Positions 37,179-46,468 are shown, counted from the stretch's first letter. The stretch is DNA of 64,000 nucleotides from an uncultured Gammaproteobacteria bacterium (GCA_964588165.1 CAZPMS010000001.1:91303-155302); one strand, 5' to 3'. The notes: generated by a model from the letters alone, not told the origin. Translations and numbers: made by a program.

Positions 37179-39755
37179 CTATTTTATAATATTATACATT
37201 TTCTCTTTAAATTCATTTTCATTCTCACTATTATAGAATGGTAAACCTATAATTTTATATTTTTTTGTTTTTGAAAAATTTGTAATTTTATCTTTAAATT
37301 TTTCCTTTATACTTTCCAAAAACTCACTTTTCCATTTATCATGCTCTAATAAATGTGCTCCTTTTGGTTCTAAAAATAATTGATAAGTTAGTTGGTTATC
37401 TTCCTTATCTACTAAAAACATCAAATAATCTGGTTCAAAAACACGACCATCTGAAAAATGAAAAATTTTTAACTGTCTTTCATTCCTTACAACATAAATT
37501 TCTTTATACTTCTTTTTTAATTCATCAGATAATTTATCAATTAATTCAACAAAAGATTTTTCTTCACTAGTACCATAATTAGCGTTAAACACATACCAAT
37601 CTTTATCTTCTAAAAAATCTTCTTGGCCATCCGCCCGTGAACTATCTTTTTTTATTTTAATTTTTTTATCTAAAAATTTTTCTTTGATTGATTCAGGATA
37701 AAATTCTTCCGTACCTTGATATTCAGTTAAATTTGCTTTAATCTCTATTTTAATCTGTTCTAGTAATTCTAAAACTGCATTAAATTTTTGTTCGTTTGAT
37801 AATATATTTAAAACCTTCTTTTCACCTTCAAAAGATATACTTAAACCGTTCAGATATTCATCCTTTTGAATAAAATCATTAATTGTATTAAGTTTAGGAA
37901 AATATGTTTTAAGCGATGAAAAAGTAAAAAATTCGTTCTTGGCCAGCGCATTTTTTATAATATGCAGTTCAATATTTTTTAAATCAATATCCTTTTTTGA
38001 TTTTTTTATTGCTTTTTTTATTTCTTCTTTTCCATTAAATACAGTAGTTTCTCTACCTGTTCCGGAAAAAACATTAAATACAATATTTTTCTTTTTTACG
38101 CCTAAATCCTCAATTGATTTAATTTTGTCATAACTACTTTTTATCTTTTTATTAGCATAAACCACGCCAGTTTTATAAAAGCTGGTTTTTTTAAAATTAT
38201 TTTTTAATTTTAAATCAAACTCCATCTGGTTATCATCCATCATCCCTTCTTCAATTAAAGCAGTCTTAATTTCATTAATATAACGTGATTCATCATGGCT
38301 ATGATAATGAAGTTCTTCTAAAATTCTTAATTCATTATCAGTATCCTTGTCATATTTTCTTTTATACCTATCGTCAGTTTCATTAATTTTAAAAGGAGAA
38401 TAACGAGCTCCACGACCAATTAACTGTGCCTCGGAAATAGTAGTACTACCAGGACGATTACTTTTACTATCCCTTGACTCGTAAAGCCTTACAATATCAA
38501 ATAAATTTAATACATCCCAGCCCTCATTAAGTTTTTGTACTGCAAAAATTGCCCTAATTTTATTATCCTTGTCTTCTAAGCTATTTAACAAAAGTTGATA
38601 TTCTGACTTTTCTTTTTCTTCATTAACGCTCAAACACTTATTCTCTGCAAAATTATCCTTTAATTTCTTTACTAAAATTGCATCCGTAATTTTTCTATTT
38701 TTAAAAAATTCAAAAGCTTTCTGTATTATATCAACATCACTTTTTTTACGAATACTATTAATATCCTTAACTTTTAAATTTTCTATTATTTCATGAAATA
38801 ATTTTTTGTTTGCCTCTGATTGAGCAATTTTCTGCTGTGCCTTAAATAAAATAACAGGTTTTAAATTTATACCATTTTTACCGGCCACTTCTTGACGATA
38901 TTGGCTCAAAATTATTGCTTGAATAATTCTCTCTCTTTTATCTGTATCTGTATGTAAAAGTTCAACATCTTTAGAAAAACCATCATTTCTAAATTCTTTT
39001 AAATCATACTTATAAATTATTTTGTTTGTATATTTATCCTTTAAACTTTTTGGTGCATTTTGTAAAAGCGTAGCGGTAAATTCTAAAAGCAAATTTTTAT
39101 CATTTTGCTTAAAAATCTTCTCTACTGTATTCTCCCAGTTTGGTATTTGATATATTTCATCCTGGCCATTTTTTGTTTGAACTTGACCATGATGTGCTTC
39201 ATCTGCAAGTAAAACAATTTTTTTATCTTTAAAATCTTCTAAGGTTATCGAATTCTCTTTTTCGTTATATAAATCGCCATGTAATTTCTGAATTGTAGTA
39301 AAACAAATATTTATGTCCTTATTACTTACACCTTCAAAATTATTAACTTCTTTTATTTGTACTTGTTTGGTTCCAAAATTAATACTTTTATTAAATAAAT
39401 ATTTATTAGATAAATTATTTAAAAAATTATCTTTGGTTTTTTTAATTATATTAGTAGAATTAACAAAAAATAAAAAATTCCGATAACCTTGTTCATAGAG
39501 GTACAAAATCAATCCAGTCATAATTAACGTTTTACCCGAACCGGTGGCCATGTTAAAAAGAAAATGTAATGGATATTCTTTATTTTCGTATTCACTATTA
39601 TAGCAATGTAAAAATCGACCAAAAGCCTCTTTTTGATACTCTCGCAATTCAAATGCTGGATTTAAATTTTCCACCACAAAATTCGGAACTTCTGGCCATT
39701 GCATTCCTATCCCTTTAGCACCGTCTAATTGTTCATAAAGAAATTGTTGAGGCAT
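37179..39755 (-). CDS. res: Type III restriction enzyme Res subunit (SF2 helicase plus endonuclease)
   Basis: Helicase motif I MATGSGKTLIM and motif II LLADEAHHG. Encoded after a Mod methyltransferase on the same strand. Confidence 0.85.
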   Translation of the reverse strand: MPQQFLYEQLDGAKGIGMQWPEVPNFVVENLNPAFELREYQKEAFGRFLHCYNSEYENKEYPLHFLFNMATGSGKTLIMTGLILYLYEQGYRNFLFFVNSTNIIKKTKDNFLNNLSNKYLFNKSINFGTKQVQIKEVNNFEGVSNKDINICFTTIQKLHGDLYNEKENSITLEDFKDKKIVLLADEAHHGQVQTKNGQDEIYQIPNWENTVEKIFKQNDKNLLLEFTATLLQNAPKSLKDKYTNKIIYKYDLKEFRNDGFSKDVELLHTDTDKRERIIQAIILSQYRQEVAGKNGINLKPVILFKAQQKIAQSEANKKLFHEIIENLKVKDINSIRKKSDVDIIQKAFEFFKNRKITDAILVKKLKDNFAENKCLSVNEEKEKSEYQLLLNSLEDKDNKIRAIFAVQKLNEGWDVLNLFDIVRLYESRDSKSNRPGSTTISEAQLIGRGARYSPFKINETDDRYKRKYDKDTDNELRILEELHYHSHDESRYINEIKTALIEEGMMDDNQMEFDLKLKNNFKKTSFYKTGVVYANKKIKSSYDKIKSIEDLGVKKKNIVFNVFSGTGRETTVFNGKEEIKKAIKKSKKDIDLKNIELHIIKNALAKNEFFTFSSLKTYFPKLNTINDFIQKDEYLNGLSISFEGEKKVLNILSNEQKFNAVLELLEQIKIEIKANLTEYQGTEEFYPESIKEKFLDKKIKIKKDSSRADGQEDFLEDKDWYVFNANYGTSEEKSFVELIDKLSDELKKKYKEIYVVRNERQLKIFHFSDGRVFEPDYLMFLVDKEDNQLTYQLFLEPKGAHLLEHDKWKSEFLESIKEKFKDKITNFSKTKKYKIIGLPFYNSENENEFKEKMYNIIK

Positions 39756-39768
39756 ATTTTATTTCTAA

Positions 39769-40593
39769 CTATACAATATTAATTTGTTCTTTTTTTACAA
39801 CTATTGAACCAGTATTTTTAATCAATTTATTAACAGATAAAATTTTTTCTTTAAATTCATTTGAATCCATTCTTGAGCACTGCTGACAATCCTTACTCCA
39901 TTTTATAATTATTAATTTTGCAGAACCTTTTATAATCTCGTATAAATCCTCTGGGGATAAAAAATTGACTTTAAAATTAGTTACCTTTTCGAGCTTCCTT
40001 GATTTATTATCAAGAATAGAATCGGCGATAGAAACATCTTTGCTTACTGAAAAAAAATGAGTTAAGGCATTTCTTAATTTTTGTAAATTATCCGCCGTAA
40101 TTCTGTCTGATCTTTTTTTATTTTTCTTAACCCAATCATTTTTTTCATTTAAACAATAACCTTGTAAAAAAGATTTAATTTTTTTATTCTTCATTGCTAG
40201 TTTTCTTATTTCTTTCTCATTAAAAATTTTATTTTCATACGCGATACTTAAACAACGTAATGTTTCTAAATAGGCAAATAAAATTATAAATTTGGAACGA
40301 ACAGGTTGATTTATTTTAAATTTATCGACAATTGTGTCAGGATGTTCTGATAGAGTAAATTTAAAATCAATTAAATTATCTTTTAATTTTTTAGCGAGTA
40401 CTCTCGTAAGTTCAGCCGTCTCTTGGTATTGTTTTCTTATTGATTCTAATTTTTTATCAAAACCCAAAAAACTATCTATTTCCTTTTCAATTTCTTGTAA
40501 AAAATCAACAATCAAGCTTAAATCAGGTGAGATTACTATTTTACTTCCATCAAAAATAAAATGAGTACTAGTATTTTCCATAAAACTCCTCAT
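39769..40593 (-). CDS. Hypothetical 274-aa protein inserted between mod and res of the Type III R-M system. Its start overlaps the mod 3' end by ~25 nt
   Basis: ORF track. No recognisable motifs. Same strand as mod and res. Confidence 0.4.
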   Translation of the reverse strand: MRSFMENTSTHFIFDGSKIVISPDLSLIVDFLQEIEKEIDSFLGFDKKLESIRKQYQETAELTRVLAKKLKDNLIDFKFTLSEHPDTIVDKFKINQPVRSKFIILFAYLETLRCLSIAYENKIFNEKEIRKLAMKNKKIKSFLQGYCLNEKNDWVKKNKKRSDRITADNLQKLRNALTHFFSVSKDVSIADSILDNKSRKLEKVTNFKVNFLSPEDLYEIIKGSAKLIIIKWSKDCQQCSRMDSNEFKEKILSVNKLIKNTGSIVVKKEQINIV

Positions 40594-42505
40594 TCATCTT
40601 TTTGTCCTCATTATTAACCTTAAATCTCTTATCATCAATCTCACTCAAATTCACATAGAGCTGATTTTTATTGAGTAGCTCAAAAAGTGCTTGTTGCTGT
40701 TTAGATAAAGAAAGTTTTTTAAACTCATTAATAGTCTCATCAAATTTTTTAATATCTACATTATAATTCAAGAAACTTTTTTCTTTCACTTCTTCCCAAA
40801 TTTTCAAAAGTTGATTAGTATTTTTAGCTTTTTTAATTTTCTCCACAAATTGCTCGTTGTATTGCATTAATTCACAATAAACAAAATCGCCACCACCCTT
40901 CCATTCAACTACTTTAGAAATACCACCCTGCTCACCTTTAACAACTTTTTTTAATCTTTCAACTGTAACTTTCTCAATATATTCCATCTGTTCACATAAA
41001 ATAAATTGTCTCTTCATTTTCATAGCGACAGCCCCGGTTGTTCCACTTCCAATAAAAAAATCTAAAACAATATCGCCCTCTCGTGTTGACATTTCAATTA
41101 TTCTACTCAACGTTTCTTCCGGTTTTGGATTATTAAAAACTTTATCTTTAAACAACTCTTTAAGTTGCAAGGTTCCTCTTTCTGAATTTACCTCTTTATC
41201 CCACCACACTGATCGAGCCATCCTAGTTTTTTCTCGATATTTTTCAACAATCTGGTAACGTCCATTTTCTTTCATTGCCTTGCCACAAATATTTATATTA
41301 AGATTTTGTTTTGCCTTTTCCTTCCCCCATCTCCAAACAGTTTGTACATCTTGAGACTTAGCGGGTTTTACTTCTATCCATCCCTTTTTATTATTAAGCG
41401 ATATTTCATAAAATCCATTTTCATCTGTATTTTTTGGATTTAAGAAAAAAGAATAAAATAAATTTGGACGATTTTTATCATTAAATAGAATATTTCTGTT
41501 TCTTAACTCTCTGGTTTCAAATTCACCTTTTCTATCTTTAAATGGAAACTCTTTATTTTCGTCCAATAGATCAAATAAAGTATAATTCGCATTCTTTGAA
41601 TATATATTGATAAACTCATGCATGTTCGCAACTCCGCCATAATCCCTTCCCCTTGGATTATTAACAACAGTTATAACTTCAATAAAATTATCCCTATTAA
41701 AAATCTCATCCATTAAAATTTTTAAATATGCCTGTTCATTATCATCACAATGTACAAAAATTACTCCATCATCCCTCAATAACTCCTTTGCTACTTCCAA
41801 CCTATTTTTCATAAAAGTAAGCCAAGTTGAATGATTAAAACTATCATTATAACCAAAACTATCATTTCCAGTATTATAGGGCGGATCAATATAAATAAGT
41901 TTTACTTTCCCTTGAAATTGTTCTTTAAGAGAATGTAAAGCTAAAAGATTATTACCTTTAATAATTAAATTTTCCTTAATAGTTCCATCTTTACCTCTTT
42001 TTAATTCCTTAACTTTTTCTTCACCCTTTTTTGTATAACGTTTCCAATTAGTTAAAACTTTGGGTTCTTTTAAGCGATCAATTTCATCTTGGGCTAAAAT
42101 TTTATTAAAAAATATTTCTTTTCGATTTTCATCCTCTTTTGTCATACCGCCTTCCAAAACACAATCCTTAAAAGGCCAAGCTAAAGATACCTCTTTGCGT
42201 TCATTTAAAAACTTGCCATCAATATTCAATCCAATCTTATTTTTATATTGAGTATAGGAATCTGCTAAAAAATTCTTATCCTGAATATAAGCGACAAAAT
42301 CATTTATATTAAAAATCCAGTGCTTTTTAATTTCACTGAAAAATTTCTTTTTAATTTCACTATCTCCAATTAAAAGCTCAATGAGTTTCTTATCAACCTT
42401 ATAGGCTTTGTCAATTACTTCACTTTTTAGTAATTCCTTCTCTTTATCAACAAAGCGAGAGTCTTTTTTTAGTTGTTTTTCTAATTTATTGTAAAATTTA
42501 TCCAT
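40568..42505 (-). CDS. mod: Type III R-M Mod subunit (beta-class N6-adenine DNA methyltransferase)
   Basis: Motif IV IYIDPPYNTGND precedes motif I VLDFFIGSGTTGAVA (beta-class order), with a long variable target-recognition region between. Confidence 0.85.
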   Translation of the reverse strand: MDKFYNKLEKQLKKDSRFVDKEKELLKSEVIDKAYKVDKKLIELLIGDSEIKKKFFSEIKKHWIFNINDFVAYIQDKNFLADSYTQYKNKIGLNIDGKFLNERKEVSLAWPFKDCVLEGGMTKEDENRKEIFFNKILAQDEIDRLKEPKVLTNWKRYTKKGEEKVKELKRGKDGTIKENLIIKGNNLLALHSLKEQFQGKVKLIYIDPPYNTGNDSFGYNDSFNHSTWLTFMKNRLEVAKELLRDDGVIFVHCDDNEQAYLKILMDEIFNRDNFIEVITVVNNPRGRDYGGVANMHEFINIYSKNANYTLFDLLDENKEFPFKDRKGEFETRELRNRNILFNDKNRPNLFYSFFLNPKNTDENGFYEISLNNKKGWIEVKPAKSQDVQTVWRWGKEKAKQNLNINICGKAMKENGRYQIVEKYREKTRMARSVWWDKEVNSERGTLQLKELFKDKVFNNPKPEETLSRIIEMSTREGDIVLDFFIGSGTTGAVAMKMKRQFILCEQMEYIEKVTVERLKKVVKGEQGGISKVVEWKGGGDFVYCELMQYNEQFVEKIKKAKNTNQLLKIWEEVKEKSFLNYNVDIKKFDETINEFKKLSLSKQQQALFELLNKNQLYVNLSEIDDKRFKVNNEDKKMNEEFYGKY

Positions 42506-42644
42506 ATTTTTAAGTTAATTTATTAAATAAATCTTACCTTTTTTTAGCCTAAAAATCAATTCAAGAAAAATAAAAAATAGAGCTAAAATTGACCCTATTT
42601 TTATATAATAATTCTTTACTCAAACCACGCCTCTCCGGCGGCTT

Positions 42645-43244
42645 TTAATTAAACAGCACAGGTACCTCTAATTGATCATCATTTTCCCTTAAATCAGAAG
42701 GGTTATCTTTTACCAAAATAAACGTACCCTGTTTAAATCCTGGGGGAACTTTAAATTCCAACTCCCCCACAAAATTTACAAAATTTTCAGTCATCCAATC
42801 ACTTTGAGCAGTAGCATAGCCTTCGGCAATTACTTCATCCCCTACCATCAGCAAAACCGGAAAGTCCGCTTCAAAAAACCAAGTGCCTACAGCCTGTCCG
42901 GAGATGACTAATGGACTGGATATTTTAGTGTTAGGACGCGGAGTATCAATTCTTATTAAATCAGTTTTCTCTAACTCATTACCAATATCTTCCACAAAAG
43001 TTACATCCCCTGCCCTACACTGCCTAGGATAACTTTCCATAACAGCGTTGCCTTGATCTGCGCATTCCCAAAAATTGGAAACTTGCTGGCCACATGGTTC
43101 AGTGGGCATAGGAGCTGAAGGTACGCCGTGTTTAACCCAACCCTCTTCTGTACACAGCCAAGTATCTTCTGAACCTCTTAAAACAAAAAGGATGAACAAA
43201 AATGCCACCGCAACTATTAAAAATGTTAGGATTTTTTTAAACAT
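42645..43244 (-). CDS. Secreted protein with an N-terminal signal/anchor, unknown function
   Basis: MFKKILTFLIVAVAFLFILFVL signal. No catalytic motifs. Confidence 0.4.
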   Translation of the reverse strand: MFKKILTFLIVAVAFLFILFVLRGSEDTWLCTEEGWVKHGVPSAPMPTEPCGQQVSNFWECADQGNAVMESYPRQCRAGDVTFVEDIGNELEKTDLIRIDTPRPNTKISSPLVISGQAVGTWFFEADFPVLLMVGDEVIAEGYATAQSDWMTENFVNFVGELEFKVPPGFKQGTFILVKDNPSDLRENDDQLEVPVLFN

Positions 43245-43352
43245 AAAATTAACTTTAAATATATTAAAACCATAACATCTATAACGTAACGACGCAAGAT
43301 TTTGCGTCGCTACAGGCCAAATTTTAAATCCCCTCCTTAAACGGATAAAGAG

Positions 43353-43414
43353 AAAAAGCCTTACCCTGTACGAACGCGCCTCGGCGCGTTCCTACGAAAT
43401 GGGCAAGGCTTTTT
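43353..43414. repeat. Palindromic intergenic element, type I. TTGACA-17-TAAGAT promoter follows at 43425
   Basis: AAAAAGCCTTACCC-TGTACGAACGCGCCTCGGCGCGTTCCTACGAAAT-GGGCAAGGCTTTTT. Confidence 0.6.
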
Positions 43415-43502
43415 CTACTAATATTGACAAAAGAATTAAAACTATCTAAGATAATCTTGCACTTTTTAAAAAAGTCAGATTAACCAACAAGGAGGCTGAA
43501 AA

Positions 43503-43706
43503 ATGCCGCAGAAATATTATGAACGCGAAAATGCTTCGGAAGTAGTACGACACGATGATGAAACTTGCCCCCAATGCGATGCCGAGGGATTGGTTTATTA
43601 CAAATGGAGCGGTTGAGGCGTTAACTATTGGCGCAGTTGCGCCAATCCCAAATGTAATTATGATGTAAGGGTTGACCAAGGTCAATCTGGAAAATGCAAT
43701 GCCTAA
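43503..43706 (+). CDS. Small four-Cys zinc-ribbon protein interrupted by an in-frame TGA at 43614-43616 (candidate selenocysteine or recoding site, or a pseudogene)
   Basis: AAGGAGG RBS 8 nt upstream. Reads MPQKYYERENASEVVRHDDETCPQCDAEGLVYYKWSG-TGA-GVNYWRSCANPKCNYDVRVDQGQSGKCNA, with CPQC before and CANPKC after the TGA. Hairpin TTGGCGC-AGTT-GCGCCAA starts 11 nt after the TGA. Confidence 0.35.
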
Positions 43707-43827
43707 GGCAACCTGCCAAGGAACCTATCAATATGGTTCCTTTTTATTTTCAAAAAGAATAATAAAAACCGCTGTTAAAAAACAACGGTTGATGAAAATT
43801 GCACTACGAATGTCTAGCTGACATGGG

Positions 43828-44277
43828 TTAACGTTTATAAGGAATAACTGGAACAATCCAATTTGCGTCATCCCAGGCTCTACGACGATCTCTTTCTCCG
43901 CCAGTTCGATAATCAAAAATTTTCACTTCTTTCAAACTGCCGTCAGGTTGAACTTCCAAGTATACAATGAAATAATCATTATCCTCTGGATACAAATCGT
44001 CATCCTCCTCATACTTTTCCTTGAAAATTGTTCCAAGAATAATAAGCCTTGTACCAGGCTCAATATCTTGTACAATCTTCTTTCTCAGGGCATCTGAGCC
44101 CATCAAAAGTTTTATTTCTGGCTTCATAATTGGCCGATATCCTTCAGATTCAATCAACTCTCTGATTTGGTCAGTATCAGCTTCCAAGTCAGCCGGTAAA
44201 GTAAAAGCTGATACCGGAACATTGTCTGTCTTGAAAAAATCCATGACAGCCAAATCTTCTCTAGGCCAGCCACTCAT
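43828..44277 (-). CDS. Hypothetical acidic protein (GC-richer island). Start at MSGWPRED
   Basis: ORF track. Own TTGACA-17-TAATTT promoter. Two 13-bp direct repeats (TTTGAAACGTTCG / TTTGAAACGTTCA) between the -10 and the start. Confidence 0.4.
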   Translation of the reverse strand: MSGWPREDLAVMDFFKTDNVPVSAFTLPADLEADTDQIRELIESEGYRPIMKPEIKLLMGSDALRKKIVQDIEPGTRLIILGTIFKEKYEEDDDLYPEDNDYFIVYLEVQPDGSLKEVKIFDYRTGGERDRRRAWDDANWIVPVIPYKR

Positions 44278-44385
44278 TTGTATCCCCACTTTTTGTGAAA
44301 AGAAAAATACCGTCTCAAATGAACGTTTCAAACGAACGTTTCAAATCAAATTATCATAAATAGTTCACTGTGTCAAGAATAATCC

Positions 44386-44448
44386 AAAAAACCTTGCCCT
44401 GTACGAACGCGCCTCGGCGCGTTCCTACGAAATGGGCAAGGTTTTTTT
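44386..44448. repeat. Palindromic intergenic element, type I. TTGACA-17-TATGAT promoter follows at 44472
   Basis: AAAAAACCTTGCCC-TGTACGAACGCGCCTCGGCGCGTTCCTACGAAAT-GGGCAAGGTTTTTTT. Core identical to the copy at 43353. Confidence 0.6.
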
Positions 44449-44545
44449 ATTTGACCCACCAAATTGGCGGGTTGACAAAAAGTTATTTATTTGATATGAT
44501 ATTTTATAAAAAATTTTTACATAGTAAAAAAGCATGGGGGTAAAA

Positions 44546-44728
44546 ATGGCTGAAATTCCGGTGGTTGTTCAGTGGATCATTGGCGGCGGAGTAGCTGCGT
44601 TGGTAGTTTATGCTTTCATTTTCCTCGTAAAGTTTGCGCGCCGTCCGCAAGAACTGGCCAAGCCAGACAACAAAGGCGCAATCGCCCGCCAGCTTGACCA
44701 ATTGGGCAAAAAAAGGCCGGCTAACTAG
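44546..44728 (+). CDS. Small membrane protein (~60 aa)
   Basis: Consensus promoter TTGACA-17-TATGAT at 44472-44500, GGGGG RBS, one TM helix. Confidence 0.4.
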   Translation: MAEIPVVVQWIIGGGVAALVVYAFIFLVKFARRPQELAKPDNKGAIARQLDQLGKKRPAN

Positions 44729-44775
44729 CCAACCTTTCAAATTCATATTTCCCGTTAAATTATTTTAACGGGATT

Positions 44776-45000
44776 TTATTTTTTTATACATTTTTTCTTA
44801 CAGCAACAACCGCCAGCACCTAAAATAATTAAGCCGGCTAAAACGGTAATGGCAATATTAGCCCATGATGGAGTCCACCACCAAACCAAGACAATAATCA
44901 AAGCTGCACAAATGGCTTTGCAAAAGCAAAAGCCTGCTTCTCCGCAACATTTCCCTTTTTTAGCCTCAACAGGTTGAGGTATGTTTGCTTGTTCGTCCAT
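44776..45000 (-). CDS. Small Cys-rich membrane protein (CC.......C.C..C ... GGCCCKKKC); paralog of 36845..37075
   Basis: Shares ALIIVLVWWWTPSWANIAITVLAGLIIL with the paralog. Confidence 0.5.
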   Translation of the reverse strand: MDEQANIPQPVEAKKGKCCGEAGFCFCKAICAALIIVLVWWWTPSWANIAITVLAGLIILGAGGCCCKKKCIKK

Positions 45001-45083
45001 AATATTTTGTTAAATTATTATGGTTTTATTGTAGCAAAAAAATTGCTTTATAACTAGGTAGATCTGCCTCATCGGCAGGTAGA

Positions 45084-45112
45084 TTGACAAAAATCGTTAC
45101 TTTAACTAAAAT
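45084..45112 (+). promoter_or_regulatory. Promoter TTGACA-17-TAAAAT
   Basis: Consensus -35 with a 17-nt spacer. Drives the DnaJ-type zinc-finger gene. Confidence 0.5.
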
Positions 45113-45155
45113 CAATCAGTTCATTGTATCTTACATAAACCAGAGGAGGTAAAAA

Positions 45156-45434
45156 ATGCGGGTGCCAGCTATAGGTAAAAGCCGTACTCCCAGGACCAGA
45201 TATGTTGATTGTCCTCATTGTAAGGGCCAAGGTACTTGGTACGAAGACTGCCCAAAATGTCGGGGCGGAAAATCTGGCAGCCAACGCCGTAGTAGAGCAC
45301 TTCATGATTGTGAAACTTGCCAAGGCAGGGAAAAAATCTATTGCCGTTGTGACAGATGCAAAGGTAGTGGCCGGGTAAAACGAACCAGAAAAAGAGGACG
45401 TAGTCACGTTTCCAACAGCAACTGGGGTTGGTAA
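45156..45434 (+). CDS. DnaJ-type zinc-finger miniprotein (four CxxCxGxG repeats)
   Basis: CPHCKGQG, CPKCRGGK, CETCQGRE, CDRCKGSG. RBS GAGGAGG. Confidence 0.6.
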   Translation: MRVPAIGKSRTPRTRYVDCPHCKGQGTWYEDCPKCRGGKSGSQRRSRALHDCETCQGREKIYCRCDRCKGSGRVKRTRKRGRSHVSNSNWGW

Positions 45435-45449
45435 TTATCAATAAATTCC

Positions 45450-45481
45450 AAAGATTTGCTTCATAAGCAAATCTTTTTTTG
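45450..45481 (+). terminator. Rho-independent terminator
   Basis: AAAGATTTGCTTCATAAGCAAATCTTT plus T7. Confidence 0.65.
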
Positions 45482-45491
45482 TGGCAAATCT

Positions 45492-45622
45492 AAAAGCCTT
45501 ACACCTTTGCGTCATTCTGATGCTCTGCCGAAGAATCCCATTATTCCGGCAACGTTGCAAGCTCAATGGGATCCTTCGGTCGTTCCTCCCTCAGGATGAC
45601 AGCGGGGAGATATAAGGCTTCT
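45492..45622. repeat. Long imperfect palindrome (~130 nt) with AAAAGCCTTA / TAAGGCTT outer arms; type III of the palindromic element family
   Basis: Nested inverted repeats CCGAAGAATCCCA/TGGGATCCTTCGG and GCAACGTTGC, with outer arms matching the family. Confidence 0.45.
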
Positions 45623-45639
45623 AAAAAATCTATAAATTT

Positions 45640-46311
45640 TTACTCAAACTCCAACAGTTCTACTTCAAAAATTAAAGTGGCGTTTGGTGGAATAACTTCT
45701 CCGGCTCCCTGTTCGCCATAAGCTAATGAAGGAGGAATAACCAATTTTCTTTTCTCACCAACTTTCATTCCAGTTAAACCTTGTTCCCATCCGGGAATAA
45801 CCTGTCCTTGCCCTAATGGGAAAGTAATTGGCTCACCACGTTCGTAGCTGGAATCAAACACCGTACCATCTTCTAGAGTACCTTCATAATCTACTGTTAA
45901 TAAATTACCGGGGGCTGCGCCTTCACCTTCGCCTTCTTCCAAAATTTCTATATTTACCTGGGCAATGGCAACTTCTGCGGGCTTCGCATTCACTTCATCC
46001 TTAAACTGCTCTATATTAATACCTTCTTTAAAAAAGTACTCGCCGTCTTTGGAAAGGTAAGAAACGGTCTCTTGGCCCGTGGAAAAAACAATATTCATCT
46101 CATAAATTCCGGGGGCTTCTTTTATTTCGCTTATGCTGGCCGGATTTTGCGGATCTATCAAATATTGGTTAATAAAAGACAAAGCCTTTGATTTTGCTTC
46201 TGCCGGCTCCAACACCTCCATCTTATTTCCATTTTTGTTGAAGAAATCGGTTAAACTACAGCCTGTTAGCCCAAAAATTATCACTATGGCTAATATTGCA
46301 AGTTTTTTCAT
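45640..46311 (-). CDS. FKBP-type peptidyl-prolyl cis-trans isomerase lipoprotein
   Basis: Lipobox LTGCS. C-terminal FKBP domain ([59 protein letters not shown]). Confidence 0.8.
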   Translation of the reverse strand: MKKLAILAIVIIFGLTGCSLTDFFNKNGNKMEVLEPAEAKSKALSFINQYLIDPQNPASISEIKEAPGIYEMNIVFSTGQETVSYLSKDGEYFFKEGINIEQFKDEVNAKPAEVAIAQVNIEILEEGEGEGAAPGNLLTVDYEGTLEDGTVFDSSYERGEPITFPLGQGQVIPGWEQGLTGMKVGEKRKLVIPPSLAYGEQGAGEVIPPNATLIFEVELLEFE

Positions 46312-46468
46312 GGTTTTAAAATTATTAATTATTAGTTTGCTTATTTTATCACATTTTAAGAAATAAACAAAAAGCCTACAAGTTGACAAAAACGAGTTTG
46401 TATTTTAGACTACATTATTAAGACAGTACCTTTGAAAACCTCCTGTTAACCAAAATTGGGGTAAATTC

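Noticed and set aside
43614-43616. Global UGA reassignment (genetic code 25/4) to explain the in-frame TGA
   Set aside because: Large genes in the window (mod, res, RND permease, ftsI) are intact under the standard code and terminate at TAA/TAG/TGA without internal TGAs. A local event (Sec, readthrough, mutation) is more parsimonious.
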